A stretch of 62,608 nucleotides of DNA, filler included, from Rhabdomonas costata (Eukaryota), in assembly GCA_019059605.1 (NCBI GenBank). It is 34 parts of 34 records of this genome, joined end to end, with 100 filler letters (N's around TTAATTAATTAA, not from the genome) between each part and the next. Parts side by side here need not be neighbours in the genome. Positions count along the whole stretch, not along the records: positions 36,899 to 38,642 come from JAHMHO010009708.1; positions 38,743 to 40,485 come from JAHMHO010009709.1; positions 40,586 to 42,330 come from JAHMHO010009710.1; positions 42,431 to 44,175 come from JAHMHO010009711.1; positions 44,276 to 46,014 come from JAHMHO010009712.1; positions 46,115 to 47,858 come from JAHMHO010009713.1; positions 47,959 to 49,700 come from JAHMHO010009714.1; 27 more parts are not named here. The stretch is one strand, 5' to 3'. The notes under the pieces are model-generated. The model made no database searches. It was given only the letters and a program-made list of their open reading frames with translations, and had not been told where the DNA came from. This document shows, piece by piece, positions 37,087-49,800 of the stretch (positions are counted from its first letter, which is position 1; every line of letters starts with the position of its first letter). The position numbers were made by a program, and so were the translations under genes.

Positions 37087-38162
37087 CTTAGTGCTCTCCA
37101 GCAGGGGCGAGGGCACGATCCGGGACTGCATGGTGGGGTCGTGCTTGGGGATGACGTCGGCCATTCCGCACTTCAGGAACCCGGAGTTGGTTACGGCCAT
37201 CACCCCGGCCGTGGCGGGCTTCGTGGTGGCCATGATCAGCTCACGGGCCTGCCGTCCAAACAGCGCCGAGGTGGCCAGCAGGGTGTTGAACTCTTTCAGG
37301 CTGGGCGCCATCACCGCCCCGGAGCGTTCCAGCAGACCTGCAGACGATGCACGAGAGATAGAGAAACCGAGATATAGAGAGAATGGGGGGCAGGGGTGGC
37401 AGCGATCACCACTGGTAATCGTTACGGAACGGCCGCGAACGGAAGCCTCACTTAGTTTTCCTGAATCAACGGATCAGGTAAAGCATGCCAGATGACTTTA
37501 ATTTTGTTTAAGGTGTTCAGTAAACTTTTCAGTACATTTCACGAGTGTTTATGCTCAGCAGCTCGAAACTAGATATTGTCACCATTCAAAAAGAAAGTTA
37601 ACGGTAAAGCGAGACTGTATATCAACGGCATTGTCACAATCTGAAGACAAAACGAGGGAGGGGGGGGATTGGTTTTAGGGTTGGGTCTTTTTGCATGTTA
37701 TGTACTGCGCTTTCTGTCTCATTGCGTTTAGGTGACTCGCACTGTCAATACAACGATATGGGCAGCCAGGTGGTGCCAGGGTTCCAGCGACAGGGAATTA
37801 CGCACAGATATATGCGAGCAAACTGGCCTTAATGAACTTTTGCTAGTCCCCCACTCCAAAAAACCTCGCTGAAACGCGCACACAGAGAGATAGACAGAGT
37901 AGGCGCACCAGAACCAAGCGGGGAGAACGCGGTTTGAGCACGTTAACACACACACACACATACACACCCATACACACACCTGCGAACATGGCGTAGTCCG
38001 TGGCCATGGAGGCGGTGTGAGTGGCGACGGCGTGCTGGCCCTCCTCGGAGCGACCCGCCTTGTACACCACTACAGTCATGCCCTGCTCGCGGCGCGCCCG
38101 CGCCACCAGGGTCATCAGCCGGAGCCCATCCCCGGGCGTCGTCAAGCCCTCCAGGTAAATCC
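37087..38162 (-). CDS. NDP-forming acyl-CoA synthetase (acetate-CoA ligase ADP-forming family); exons 38162-37980 and 37337-37087
   Basis: GIYLEGL...DGLRLM...VVVYKAGRSEEGQHAVATHTASMATDYAMFA|GLLERSGAVMAPSLKEF...VMAVTNSGFLKCGMAD, showing YlEg, KaGrs..g..a..sHT (phospho-His) and avtnsG...aD. Confidence 0.85.
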
Positions 38163-38742
38163 CTGCGAAGGGCACAGGCCTTGGAAATGCGGCTATGTCA
38201 AAACTGGCCTTCAGCGACCCACAAAATGCCCTCCAAAAGCCCCAGAACTCCGAGATAAGAAGCGGGCAACCATCTAATCTCAGTGATTCTGCCCCATAAC
38301 TTGAGCCAACCCGCTACTCTAGTTCTGAGGTCCATGTCAAGCCTCTGGCTCGTTGAATTCCCGGTTATGGTCCCAGCTTCGTGCAACCTTGAGGACTCCT
38401 GTGCTGTAGACATCCTTTTTCTAGCTTCTCTTTCCTCTGCACAAGCACCTTTCAATTACCACCATCTGTCTTTCGGTCTATCGGCTGCGGAGTAGTGCCA
38501 TCCTATGGTCTTCTTGACATTCCCATGGGTCTTTCCCCCAAGTTCCGCAAGTTTCCACAAAATGTTGCTAGTGACATTTTTTCTTGAGGTTTGGGGCCAT
38601 TACTTTGTGCACTGGCTGCTTTATGGATTAATAAAAACACAANNNNNNNNNNNNNNNNNNNNNNNNNNNNNNNNNNNNNNNNNNNNTTAATTAATTAANN
38701 NNNNNNNNNNNNNNNNNNNNNNNNNNNNNNNNNNNNNNNNNN

Positions 38743-40005
38743 GGTGGGGGTGGGTCCGGTGAGTGCGTCGCACGCGCAGGCGCTGAACCTCAGCGCGGTG
38801 GGCACGTTGGTGTCTGGGCTGTACAGCGTTTGCTACCAGCTGACGGGGCAGCAGACGTACTACCGGGTGAACTCCATTCTGATCGGTGTGGCCGTGCCCT
38901 ACCTTTTTTTTTTTTGCGCTTCCCGTGATGACAATCGACCACCGATAAGAAAGAGAGCAGTCGCACATGCTGGAGCTGGTCAAGACTCGGGTGCAGCATG
39001 TGCTTTCGAAACACTCGGGGGTCCATGGCTGTCGTTGACTTCCCGGATCCCTTCTGGTGTGAGATGCGGCATATCATCGCTCGCTTTCGTTCTTCGCCCC
39101 TTTTGTTTCCTCTACTCAGCGAACCCGAGCTGTGGCAGTGGCTTCGCCTGCCCCGCCTACTTCACGCCACGCAACGCGAGCACTCTCTGCGCCAACAGAA
39201 CCTGCACCTCCCTGGACTGCTGCGAAGGTGGGGCTGTGGGCGGCATGTGACACGGGGAGGGGAGCAGAGTTATATGCAATTTAGCTCCCCTTTCTCCCAC
39301 TGGACTGCAGCCCCTCATCGCTGACCCGGTCAATATCAAAGGTTTTCCCTTTCCTCGGGTCGGCAGTGCCAACCTGGGGGACGGAGTGCCAGACTGCTTG
39401 GGTCTTGTGTTCGAAAGAAATTTCAATTGAAGTTCAACAAACTGACCGAATGAATGGACACTGCTGCGAGTAGCCCTCGATGTTCCTAGATTTTTTTCCC
39501 CGACGTTCCCCTTGCCACGCAGCCAATCCGACTTGCGGGCTCTTCTCGTGCCCCGCCACGGGGTACACCTCGAAATCCACCTCCACGACATGTGCGGGTT
39601 ATTCCTGTGTCACCTCAGACTGCTGCACCGGTTTGTTGTCTTGGATTTTTCTCTTTTTGTGCCCTTTGTAGTATTTACCCAAAGGTCGCTTTTTTATCGC
39701 CTATGGCGGACCCAAAAGTCAATGCAGCTGATTAAAGGTATGTTACATCCCGAAACTCAGAGATTACTCAGAGGTATTAGGTGATGAGTTTCCGAATGAA
39801 GTCCTAGAGAGGCCCTGTAATATTCCATTAGGCTGGTGTGTATGCATGCGAAACGTACGATTTCGTTTGACGTTTTTACTTTTTTTTGTTCCCATCTCAG
39901 CAAACCCGACGTGCGGGGTGAGCGTCAGCTGCCCTGCCCACCACACGACCTACACTGCGGCCGTGTGCTCCTCGCAGTCATGCAGCTCCGCCGACTGCTG
40001 TGCAA
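38743..40005 (+). CDS. Secreted or surface protein with exon-encoded six-Cys repeats; exons 38743-38885, 39120-39227, 39523-39630 and 39901-40005
   Basis: ANPSCGSGFACPAYFTPRNASTLCANRTCTSLDCCE / ANPTCGLFSCPATGYTSKSTSTTCAGYSCVTSDCCT / ANPTCGVSVSCPAHHTTYTAAVCSSQSCSSADCCA; all introns are phase-1 GT-AG. Confidence 0.85.
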
Positions 40006-41322
40006 GTATGGGTGGACTGGGGTTCAAATACCACTATTTAGCTAACCAGAGAGATTGCCAAGTGGGGCAGAGTTCACCACTTGTTCGTGAAGGGAAAGCA
40101 AGAAGAGACAATGGTAAGCCTTCCTGTCCAACGTGTCGCCCGGGGCTCGTGAAACCTGTCCCTCTGAAATTGCGAGTGGCCCTTTTAGGCCTTTAATTCG
40201 TCCTTACACTGCCTCTTTCCGTGTAAAGAAGAAGTGGTTATTGACCCTGTTTTGGCGCGGCTAGGAAGGCGGGACAAGGCAGGAGCTGCAGCTGTTTGAA
40301 TGGGCCAGGGCTGTATACGGCTTGATGACTGGTGATTTAATTATTACTTTGCATTGGTAACGTGATCATCTTTTGGCGCGTCCTCACCGCTTCCCTTCCT
40401 GTTTGAGGTTTGTTTGGTTTCCTTTCAAAACCAACAAACGGCACGAAGTCGAAGTTGACGACTGCCAGAGCCCTGAAGTGGGGAANNNNNNNNNNNNNNN
40501 NNNNNNNNNNNNNNNNNNNNNNNNNNNNNTTAATTAATTAANNNNNNNNNNNNNNNNNNNNNNNNNNNNNNNNNNNNNNNNNNNNGGGGTGTGGGTGGGG
40601 GCAAACCTGATGAAATCAAGATCATACCACCATCGGAAGGTCCAAAGTGCATCATCACAGTGGCCTTCATTGCAACATTCACTGCGAAATCGGAGAAAAC
40701 AATTCTGACAGGACTGACGCAAGAGCTTTGATTCCAAAAGCAATTCCTGGGCTCTCTTTCAAAAGGGACGGCTCGCAGAAATGAGCTCACCACTGGGGCA
40801 GATGGTTCGTTCAATTGATGATCACGGCGATGACGATCCCCCGCCTCCTTACCGTACCATTAATTCTCTGTGTGGATAGTACTGTTCTTGTTGTGACGGC
40901 CGCCTTTGTTCTTTCCGTTGCGTCCTCTTGTTTTCTGCCCATTGCCCCTTTGGTGCTTTAGGCCGCTTTGGAATTGTTGTGAGTCGGCGTGAGTTATGGA
41001 TGATTGAGAGCTATCATACCAGGGTGGTCACCGGTGCACTCAAGCACGCGGCTGCAGATGAAAGATGGTCCCAAGGGCTCCGGCGCGGCCAAGCGTTTCT
41101 GCGCGCCCCCCCCACCACCACCACATAATAAAAGAATCAAAATGCAAGTCAAAACCAACCGATGTGGTCAATACCGCATACTATTGTCCGGACAGGAGCG
41201 AGCGACAAGAGTGTTCGAGAATGACCAGACACCAATCGCCAACTGCGAAAGAAATGGGAGACCCCCGAGGGCAATTGCTTCCAGGTTAGGAGTGGCTTAG
41301 TTCGTAGAGAAGAGGAAACAAC

Positions 41323-41672
41323 CCAGAATGACTTGCTTGTTTGCTTGCTCATGCGCACAGGCGGGAAGTCGCACGATTGCTCAGCCATGCATATTGCTGC
41401 CAAAGCTGGGTTGCCAAAAACCTGACAAGGTGACGGGAGCAAAAGTCGACGGCGACGCAAGGAAACACAGTTGATTACATTTGGAAAAGGGAAGGCACAG
41501 CAAGTGCCAAAATGAAAAGACTTCGCTCACCACTCCCAGCCGCGTCCGGTGAACAGGGCTTACAGGGGGTGACTATCAACCCACAAACCCGATCTGGAGA
41601 GCTTGACACGAACTTCTCATCGCCATGCTTGAACTGCACCGGACGAGAGCCTTCGTGGTGAAAGAGTATATC
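41323..41672 (-). CDS. Possible small exons of an unknown protein (41672-41589 and 41421-41323)
   Basis: cag|DILFHHEGSRPVQFKHGDEKFVSSSPDR|gt and cag|VFGNPALAAICMAEQSCDFPPVRMSKQTSKSFW|gt are phase-compatible; no homology recognised. Confidence 0.3.
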
Positions 41673-43662
41673 CTGAGGAGACGGGTTATAAAGTGATATG
41701 CAACACATTTAACTTGCCGATGTCTGCGAGGGGGGGGGGGGGGATTGAGACAGAGGAGTAGTAACAGGTGTCAGTTGTTTTCCAAAAACCACAGTTTCTG
41801 AGAGACCACACTTCCAATACTTGGGCGGCAGTGCTACCATTTGGAAGGATACCAAGACAGGCGCGGTAACAGCGGTGACATCCCATTGCATGGTGTGGTT
41901 GAACGACCAAGAGCTACTAACCAAAACCCGGCCTCAGTGCAAGGACAGAGAACTGGGAAATGGGACAAGGACAACTGCAAACGCTATCAGTGGTGGAAGA
42001 AAGTCGTCAAGGCCCCCCTCCAGGCGATGTCACGTCTTCGTCCCTGCGATAATTCTGTACCACACATTCGCCTCCACGGACTAAGAATACCCCTCTGGGG
42101 AGAACTGACAGTGTAATCAAAAATCGCTCGAAAACTGATCATTTCGAGGGTGCTGGCATATTTTATGAAAGCAATCTTTTCGGGCGGGGCACAGTGTAAT
42201 ACAGAGTGCCTAAAGGCAGGCGTGGCAAAGGTTCCAGTGTTCCCAACTTTAATTGGGGCTTGAAGAAAACCGCGGCAATGGGGTTCAGCGCAATGAGTCA
42301 GTCACACCAACACGCGCTCCCCCCACCCACNNNNNNNNNNNNNNNNNNNNNNNNNNNNNNNNNNNNNNNNNNNNTTAATTAATTAANNNNNNNNNNNNNN
42401 NNNNNNNNNNNNNNNNNNNNNNNNNNNNNNTTTGGGTCATTTGTAATGTGTTGAGTTCTGATGAAATCTAGGTTCCGATTGTTGCACCGCTCTGCACCTA
42501 TGCACTCTTTTTCCACCGTGCGCGCAGGGGGACGATGCGGTTTTCGCGGCTTCCCCAGAGGACGACGTGACGCGGCTTTCCAGAAAGAACGCCTTTCTGT
42601 TTCAGAGTGTTCAGGAACTTCGAACGAAAATTGAGGAGCAACGGGAGGTGTCTGCTGAGTGCAATCATTTCTGTCCGTGCGTAATTGAAGAAGGTCTTTC
42701 ATATGCATGTCTATCACTGGGTAACTCCCCCCTGCTGAATTGAGTGACTGAACCCTTCTGCAGCGGTCAGCGACGTGGGAAAGTTGGCATCACCAGAAGG
42801 TTCAATTCTGAAGTCGTAGTCGCGCCAACTGTTCATGCGACAAGGTTCGGAGCGCTTCATCGTTTGTTCTTTTGTGCTGTGCACCTGCTTTCACAGGTTT
42901 CTAGTCAGCTGGCCGGGAAATTGAAGCGAAAAGATGGTATTCTGGATTATATCCGAAAGTATGTGTGCTCCTCCCAGTCCTGGGGTCTCGCGAATTTTTA
43001 TATACCCCGCCCGCCCCGCGCTTTTGCGCGGTCCTTTAGTATCCTAGTTTCGTTTATCCGCTGCAAAAATTGAACCCTCAACGACAGTTGGAGTGGGAGT
43101 TTCAATGAGCTCCAGTCTCGTGGGATCGGGGACGGAGGTGGGAATTTTTGCTCCCGCCTGGAGGCGGTGACGCTGAGCGAACGGAGGGAGGCTGGGCGGG
43201 ATAGCGGGGTGACCACATCTGTGAAGATCTTGTGTGTTTGTGCGTGTGAACTAAGGACAGAAAGACTTCTTGCGCACAAAATGCGGTGCTTCTGTGGTGT
43301 GTGCAGGTTTTGTTTCGCTGAAGAAGTCCCTTTTGTCTTCGCGCACGCTCGCGTGTGTGGAAAAACGTCGCTTACATACCCACACACCTCTAAAAGGTAC
43401 CATAAACAGAGCGCTAAACGCCTTGACGATTCCCACTCTGCCCCTCTTTTATCTTTCCGGTTCTTTTCGCTTCGTTCGCCGACGAAAGAGGTTTCACGCA
43501 GCTTTATTTCTCTCTGGTTTTTTTCTTGAGAATTGAGCAAACTGCAGGCCAAAACCAATCGTCGCGCTCATACAACCATACCGATTCGGCAAACCATGTC
43601 ACCACGGGCCCAGGGCCCACCCGAAGCTTATCGGTAATCCCGGAAACCTCTGTCACGGAGAC

Positions 43663-44175
43663 CGTTAGGCCTGAGGGGTGAGCGGTGTTCAGCTGAGTCG
43701 GACTCAGAGGAGTCATGAAGACAGATTTGTCCTGCTCGTCCGCCAGCCGCTTCGCGCTCCGCTGCAGCAGGCTCTGCCGGTGCTCCTCCGCGAGCTCCTC
43801 GACGGCGTCCTCCAAGGGCTCAGCCTGAGCCACACGAGCCACGCATCGCCTACTGCAAGGGAAGTGGGCCACTTCACTTATAGCGCTATTGTGCTTATAT
43901 TGTGCTTACAGACACTCTCCAACCGTCCTGACAAATAATCGCCATAGTATACAACTTCACTATCAGGAAATCCAGCACACAATGAAAACCCCAACTGCCA
44001 GAAACGAACCTTCGCCCTGCAGCTCAGCTCCCGGCGCAGCTCACCCACAGCAACCCCAGTAAACAACACCATCTCCTCCGTGGTGGGAGGGCGGCCCATC
44101 TTCTCCACCACCGGAGCGATCTCCTCGGGCTGGAAGCGCTCCACAATGGCACGGCGTCTTCGAGTGGCTTCAAAA
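43663..44175 (-). CDS. Two exons of an unknown helical protein (44175-44010 and 43824-43663)
   Basis: GC3-rich frames ERFQPEEIAPVVEKMGRPPTTEEMVLF...SCRAK|AEPLEDAVEELAEEHRQSLLQRSAKRLADEQDK with GT-AG boundaries. Confidence 0.55.
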
Positions 44176-46114
44176 NNNNNNNNNNNNNNNNNNNNNNNNN
44201 NNNNNNNNNNNNNNNNNNNTTAATTAATTAANNNNNNNNNNNNNNNNNNNNNNNNNNNNNNNNNNNNNNNNNNNNTTTTGCGTGTATGCCCTGGTTTCTC
44301 CTCTGTGGTCGAAACTTTGTGTTGGAGCCACATGGTACAAGAGCCCGAGGTCCTTTCTAGAGCGCTGGTTGGAACACATGCAGTGTGCCAAGCTCTGGGC
44401 TTCTCGTCGGTAGTTCTGGTAGGGTCCTGTTGTCTACCGCGCAATGGCAGCTGTTGGGTGGCAGCACGTAGCGATGGTCCCGCTGGTGTCCTTTGACAAT
44501 GTCCAGGGTGTGAACCGCGCCGAACAATTTTTCATTCTACGCTTGGTGCCGACCTTCAACGTACAGTGTGTTTCTGAGGTATCTCCGAGCCCCATCACTT
44601 CCATCTTGCTTTCGTCGTGGTGGTCGGATAATGCCATGACCGCTGCTGCGCGTGTGCTTCGCCAAGCTCATTCCCGACTCTCATCACTGCAGTGGGCATC
44701 CCTTATTGTCACGGTTTGAGGGCTTGGAGACCGTACAACCGCTGCCAAGTTGCGTCGAACAGCTGAACAGCTGTTCGATTTTGCCCGTCACTCTTTTCTC
44801 TGCGCTCCTCTCCTAGGATCACTTTTGTCCAGAGCCCCCTTGGCTGCTTAAGGCTAAGCAACGCACTTTTCACGTCTGTGGTCAAACAGCTAACTTCGTC
44901 GCTCCAAACTCCTTGTTTTGCTGTGATCTCACACCTCAGCTTTGCACTTCAGCTTTGTGGCGCGGATCCCCTTACGGGACTTCAGTGTGAGCACCCTCGC
45001 AGGTTCCGGTGGAACGTCTTGGGCTGTGTTCCTGCAACTCAATCCATGGGCATCCTCAAATTCGTGGTCACGTTGTGACGCGAAAGTGGCATCTTCTCCC
45101 GTTTTGTGAAGCTTTGGCTGCCCTTTTGAACTCGCTTATACTTCAAATGTGTTTGTTTCATTCAACGGTCGCTTTCCACACAAATAAACGAGAGAGAGAG
45201 GTCTGGGTGCAAGTGTTGGTTATGGGCGCCTCAGGAGAAGCATTATACCGGAGAGATACGTTTCATTACTCAACAACTAATTTGTCTGACGGTGTGTTGT
45301 ATATGCAGAATTGGGACTAACTTTCAAGGCGGGGTTCGATGCTACTCCATTGGGGACGCGGTACAAGTATTATGCCCACCGGATGCATAGCCTGAATGGG
45401 AAGAAGATATCAATCTAATATAACAATGCATCTATGTATTGTTGGGTAGAGCATCGGTATTGACCACCTCGACGGATAACGATATTCTTTTTACCGTGGG
45501 TTCAAACCCCACCTCCGGTAAGTCAGTACTCCCATTCCCAATCCAAACCATAACTTCGCCAACGCAGGAGATTATGAACAGAAAGTAAAAGCGTGACATC
45601 ATGCGTGGATACGGCGACTATGTGTGCTTAATATCACATCGCAAGGATGCCGACGACATTCGCCCGGGCGCGTTCTTTCCCGACAATTTAGGGAGCTTTT
45701 CTTTTCCCTGTACGATGTTGTTCTGCTTGAAACGATGGGTTTAGAAGACTCTTGGTTTTATTCTCTCTCACATTTATTTCCGTTTTCTTCCCCTTGAACT
45801 GTCGTCAAGTCCCGTTACGCCCCCCGGCCTGAAATATCCAGTTGTCCGGTAAGGACACCCCTGGGTAGGTTTGGCCTTAAAAACGAAATGCAAGTAAAAG
45901 ATTTTAAGGTTGTTTTAAGGACGTACATTTTCCCTTGATCCCTTTGGATTTATTCAGCTAAAAACTGCCCCCGACACTTATGATCCAATGTTCATCCACG
46001 GGTACCGCCCCCCCNNNNNNNNNNNNNNNNNNNNNNNNNNNNNNNNNNNNNNNNNNNNTTAATTAATTAANNNNNNNNNNNNNNNNNNNNNNNNNNNNNN
46101 NNNNNNNNNNNNNN

Positions 46115-47318
46115 GCCATCGGGGTGAGTCATGGTGCCCACCCCGCAGGGGTGGCCGTGGGCCCATTCCCCTTCATAGACCTCCCCGTGGGCGAACGTGC
46201 ACTTGCCCACCCCGTGGCACTCTCCGCGGACGAAGTCCCCTTCGTAGACGTCCCCGTTCGCGTACTCCAGAACACCGTGGCCATGCTGCAGGTCGTTGAG
46301 GAAGTCCCCGCGGTACTTTGTGCCTGCGGCACAGCATCCATCACACCCAACAACACAAGCAAATACCTGAAACCCCATAATTGCACTACAGGTGCCAAAG
46401 ATGTACAAGTCAAATGGATGGTTGGTGGGAAGGAAGGAAAACCAGGCGGCAAATCATGCTGGAGATATTCCCTTTTAGGTCCATCTGTCCGGTCACACAA
46501 ACACGCACGCCACACACATAATACTTACACACAGATGGACAGATGGGTGCAGCTCAAAGGCCCCCCAGAACGACAGTAACAGGAATCCGTGTTCCAGCTC
46601 CATGCCACATTGCCTGATATCCCCAATAGCCGATCTGCAAATTCAAGTTGAGGTTTCAAAATCTTCACGTGTCCCTAAAAATTTGTCGGAATACCCCCTT
46701 TTCATCTCCCCAAAAACGGTGGCTTCGCGTTCCCTGGGCTGTCGTGCACCTTCATGAAATCTCGCACGTCTTTTGTCTGAAAAATGTGTAAACTGAGCTA
46801 CCTCATCAGGCGATGTAAACTTTTCTTGGGGCATGGGTTCCATTGCCATTGCCAAAGAAGTTGGTGTGAGGTCAAGATAGCGGGGTGGCCCACGCTTCTC
46901 TACGACATGAAAGTCCACATCTTCCGACAGCTTACCCTTTCATGCGTGGACCCTCAGCGCACAGGGTGTGCACTGTGGCACCTTGCGAACCCAGCGATGT
47001 CCTCGCGATGCCCATGGTTCGCATTCACACCCACTGCATGCCTTGTTGTGCACTGGCCACACCACGACGAAAGCAACAAGCAAGGACATGCACGCACACC
47101 GTCCTCCTCCTCCATTATCCCAAAGCCCTCGCGGGCGCCAGCCACAAAGCTGCCTTTGTACACCGACCGGCCCCCGGCAAAAGTGAGGACCCCGTTGCCC
47201 TCCATGTCGTCTCCACACCAATCCCCGACATACGTCCCACCGTCTGGGAGGAGCCGCAGCCCACGGCCCTTCACCGCCTCCAGCTCACGCACCGCAGGCT
47301 CGGCCGAAGCTGCGGCAA
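46115..47318 (-). CDS. MORN-repeat protein; exons 47318-47100 and 46323-46115
   Basis: Successive YxGxW/F...GxG units: TYVGDWCGDDMEGNG, VYKGSFVAGAREGFG, KYRGDFLNDLQHGHG, VYEGDFVRGECHGVG, VYEGEWAHGHPCGVG; phase-1 GT-AG intron. Confidence 0.93.
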
Positions 47319-47958
47319 CTGAGATAAGACCCCAACCGTCCTCAACCCCTCACACGGGGATGACCATATTGCATCCGCGGGCGCCACACGAGTTGGATGA
47401 GGTTGCCAGCCGCGAAGCACATAACATACACCCACCCGCCAACCATCATCGCCCGACTCTTGAAATCTCGTGCGCGTGCGTGCGGGTGGGGAGGGGTACC
47501 GGGTTCGTGATGCTCCTGTACTTCATACAGAAGTTACGCACGGAAAAGAGGGAGATGCTCCGTCCCTGTGCTTCAAGCGGATCCCTTGCACGGGACTGTG
47601 GGTGGTTTCCGGAGAATCGAACACAAGGTTGTGTAAGCGGTTAGAGGGGGAAGCACGGTTCCAGAGAAGGAAGAAGATTTCATGATAACAAGCGTCGCGA
47701 TGGAATCCACGTGACCGGGTCGACTGGAAGATGCACTAGTACTACCTAAAACAAAACTAGCTAAGGAACTGACATAGCGCAAAGCACGTGTAGCCTTAAG
47801 ATCTGATCCTTTTACAATTTGAATAGCCAATACAGTGACCACACTGACAAAAACACAANNNNNNNNNNNNNNNNNNNNNNNNNNNNNNNNNNNNNNNNNN
47901 NNTTAATTAATTAANNNNNNNNNNNNNNNNNNNNNNNNNNNNNNNNNNNNNNNNNNNN

Positions 47959-49503
47959 AGCGAGGCCCTTGCACTGCAGAAGGTGGGCTGCCGTGCCATT
48001 GGGGTACCAGTGCTGGTGACGGAGGCCGTGAAGACACAGGTGCCGTATGTTTTTTCGTCGTGCCTCGTAATGATTTGCTTTCTGTTTCTTCCAACAACGA
48101 TGTGGTGTGCCCGTTTCTTTCTAGCAGTTTGCAGTTTGCTGCGTTATCAATTTCGCTTGTCGCACCCCCATTTTTTGAAAGCTGGGCGTATGTCGTTTTC
48201 GTGGTTGAGAGTGAAGGCTTTGGAGTAAGGGGAATTGTTCTTCGTTTTCATTTACGAAGCTCGCATTCTGCTTTACTACTTCTTCGGTCATCCATGTGCG
48301 GTCACGTAACATGCTGCGAAAATAGTAACCCCCTTGTCTTCCTCCTGTTGAAATCAAACAGGTGGAGGGCCGGCTGCAGTTCAGCCCTGGGCTGGTGCTT
48401 CGGTACCCCTCTCCGGAGAAGGGGGTGCTTGTTGCCTGGCGGCCTGTCCCACGCGAGAAGCCCGCCCCACTGGAGGTGCTGGATCTTAAACTCCCCTTCG
48501 CGCAGGTGCGTTTTTTTTTGGCAAGCAATGCAAGCGCATGGTTCTTCTCTGTATGCCTTTGGGCGTTAGACGTTTAAAACCGTTATGCAGTCATATGTAT
48601 ATTTTTTAAAGCACATATATTTGCGCTATTGTAACAAACGTTTATCACCGTTAAACATCAAAGTTCAAATTTTTGCAAGACCCGCAATGGCACGTCCCCG
48701 CCTTATCCGTCCCCTCCGGCCGCGCCGCTGGCTTGCTTGCTTGCGCCCCTAAACTAATGTTTGCCCAATCGATCCACGGTATGCAAACCGTTTAGCGCCG
48801 TTGATCGGTTAACGCCGTTAATTGTTGTAAACACCGTTAAACGTTTAAAGCCTCCGTCCTCTCGAAATACAATTGCCCTACGATTTGAAGTTTTCAAGAA
48901 CCGCGTGCCACCCTAGGCAAATAGAAGCGGGGTAGAAGAGGTGGAAGCCACTTTTCCTTCATTCTGAACCACATCGCGGATCAGTTTTAAAGAGGGTGGG
49001 CGCTACTCGAGATGACATTGTTACCCGTGCACCTTCCCACGTTCGCCCGCAGTAATTGAAAAATCTCCACTGGGTAATCTGCGCACACGCACAAGGTGCC
49101 ATCGGGACCTCTCGGGGGGATTGCCAAGCTCTCCGCTGAACCTCGGCCGGGTCCTGGCTGCACCCCCGCTGATGTCTTTGCACGGTACGTTCAAGACTGC
49201 CGTCAGGCGGCTGCAGCCGCGGCATTGGCATCCGCATCCGCAACGGCTGGCGCTGTGCTTCGATATGGCAGTGAGCGCAGCCTTTCCACGGAACTGATGG
49301 AGTCCAGAGATGCCGTTCCCATGGGTCAGGCCGGGCTTCTGGGAAGTCCCTCACGCCGCAGCCCGCTGCAGGGCTCTCCGCCACACTTTCCCTCACACAA
49401 GGGCGGACATCTTCCGGCCTCTTCCGATCAGGCCGCGGCCGCTGTGCAGGCGGTGATGGAGAGGTTCCCCGGGGGCTTGGTCCTCCCGTTCGTCGAATTT
49501 TGA
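47959..49503 (+). CDS. C-terminal three exons (47959-48039, 48362-48505, 49096-49503) of an unknown protein, possibly ending a degenerate nucleotide-cyclase domain
   Basis: EALALQKVGCRAIGVPVLVTEAVKTQ|VEGRLQFSPG...|VPSGP...PFVEF* in phase 0; VLVTEAV...V...F resembles the end of class III cyclase domains (weak). Confidence 0.55.
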
Positions 49504-49800
49504 CGGTGATGGGCGAAACGTTAAGTCGTTAAAAATATCCCTGCAGAAGACTTCAGAAAAGAAAACTTTCCTCCAAGTCTTACTCTGTTTGATCCTTTTC
49601 CCTATTGCGTGTCCATGTGTGGTTTTCTTTGGATGCGTGGATGTGGATGCGGGGATATTTTTAACGACTTAACGTTTCGCCCATCACCGTCAAAAAACCC
49701 NNNNNNNNNNNNNNNNNNNNNNNNNNNNNNNNNNNNNNNNNNNNTTAATTAATTAANNNNNNNNNNNNNNNNNNNNNNNNNNNNNNNNNNNNNNNNNNNN

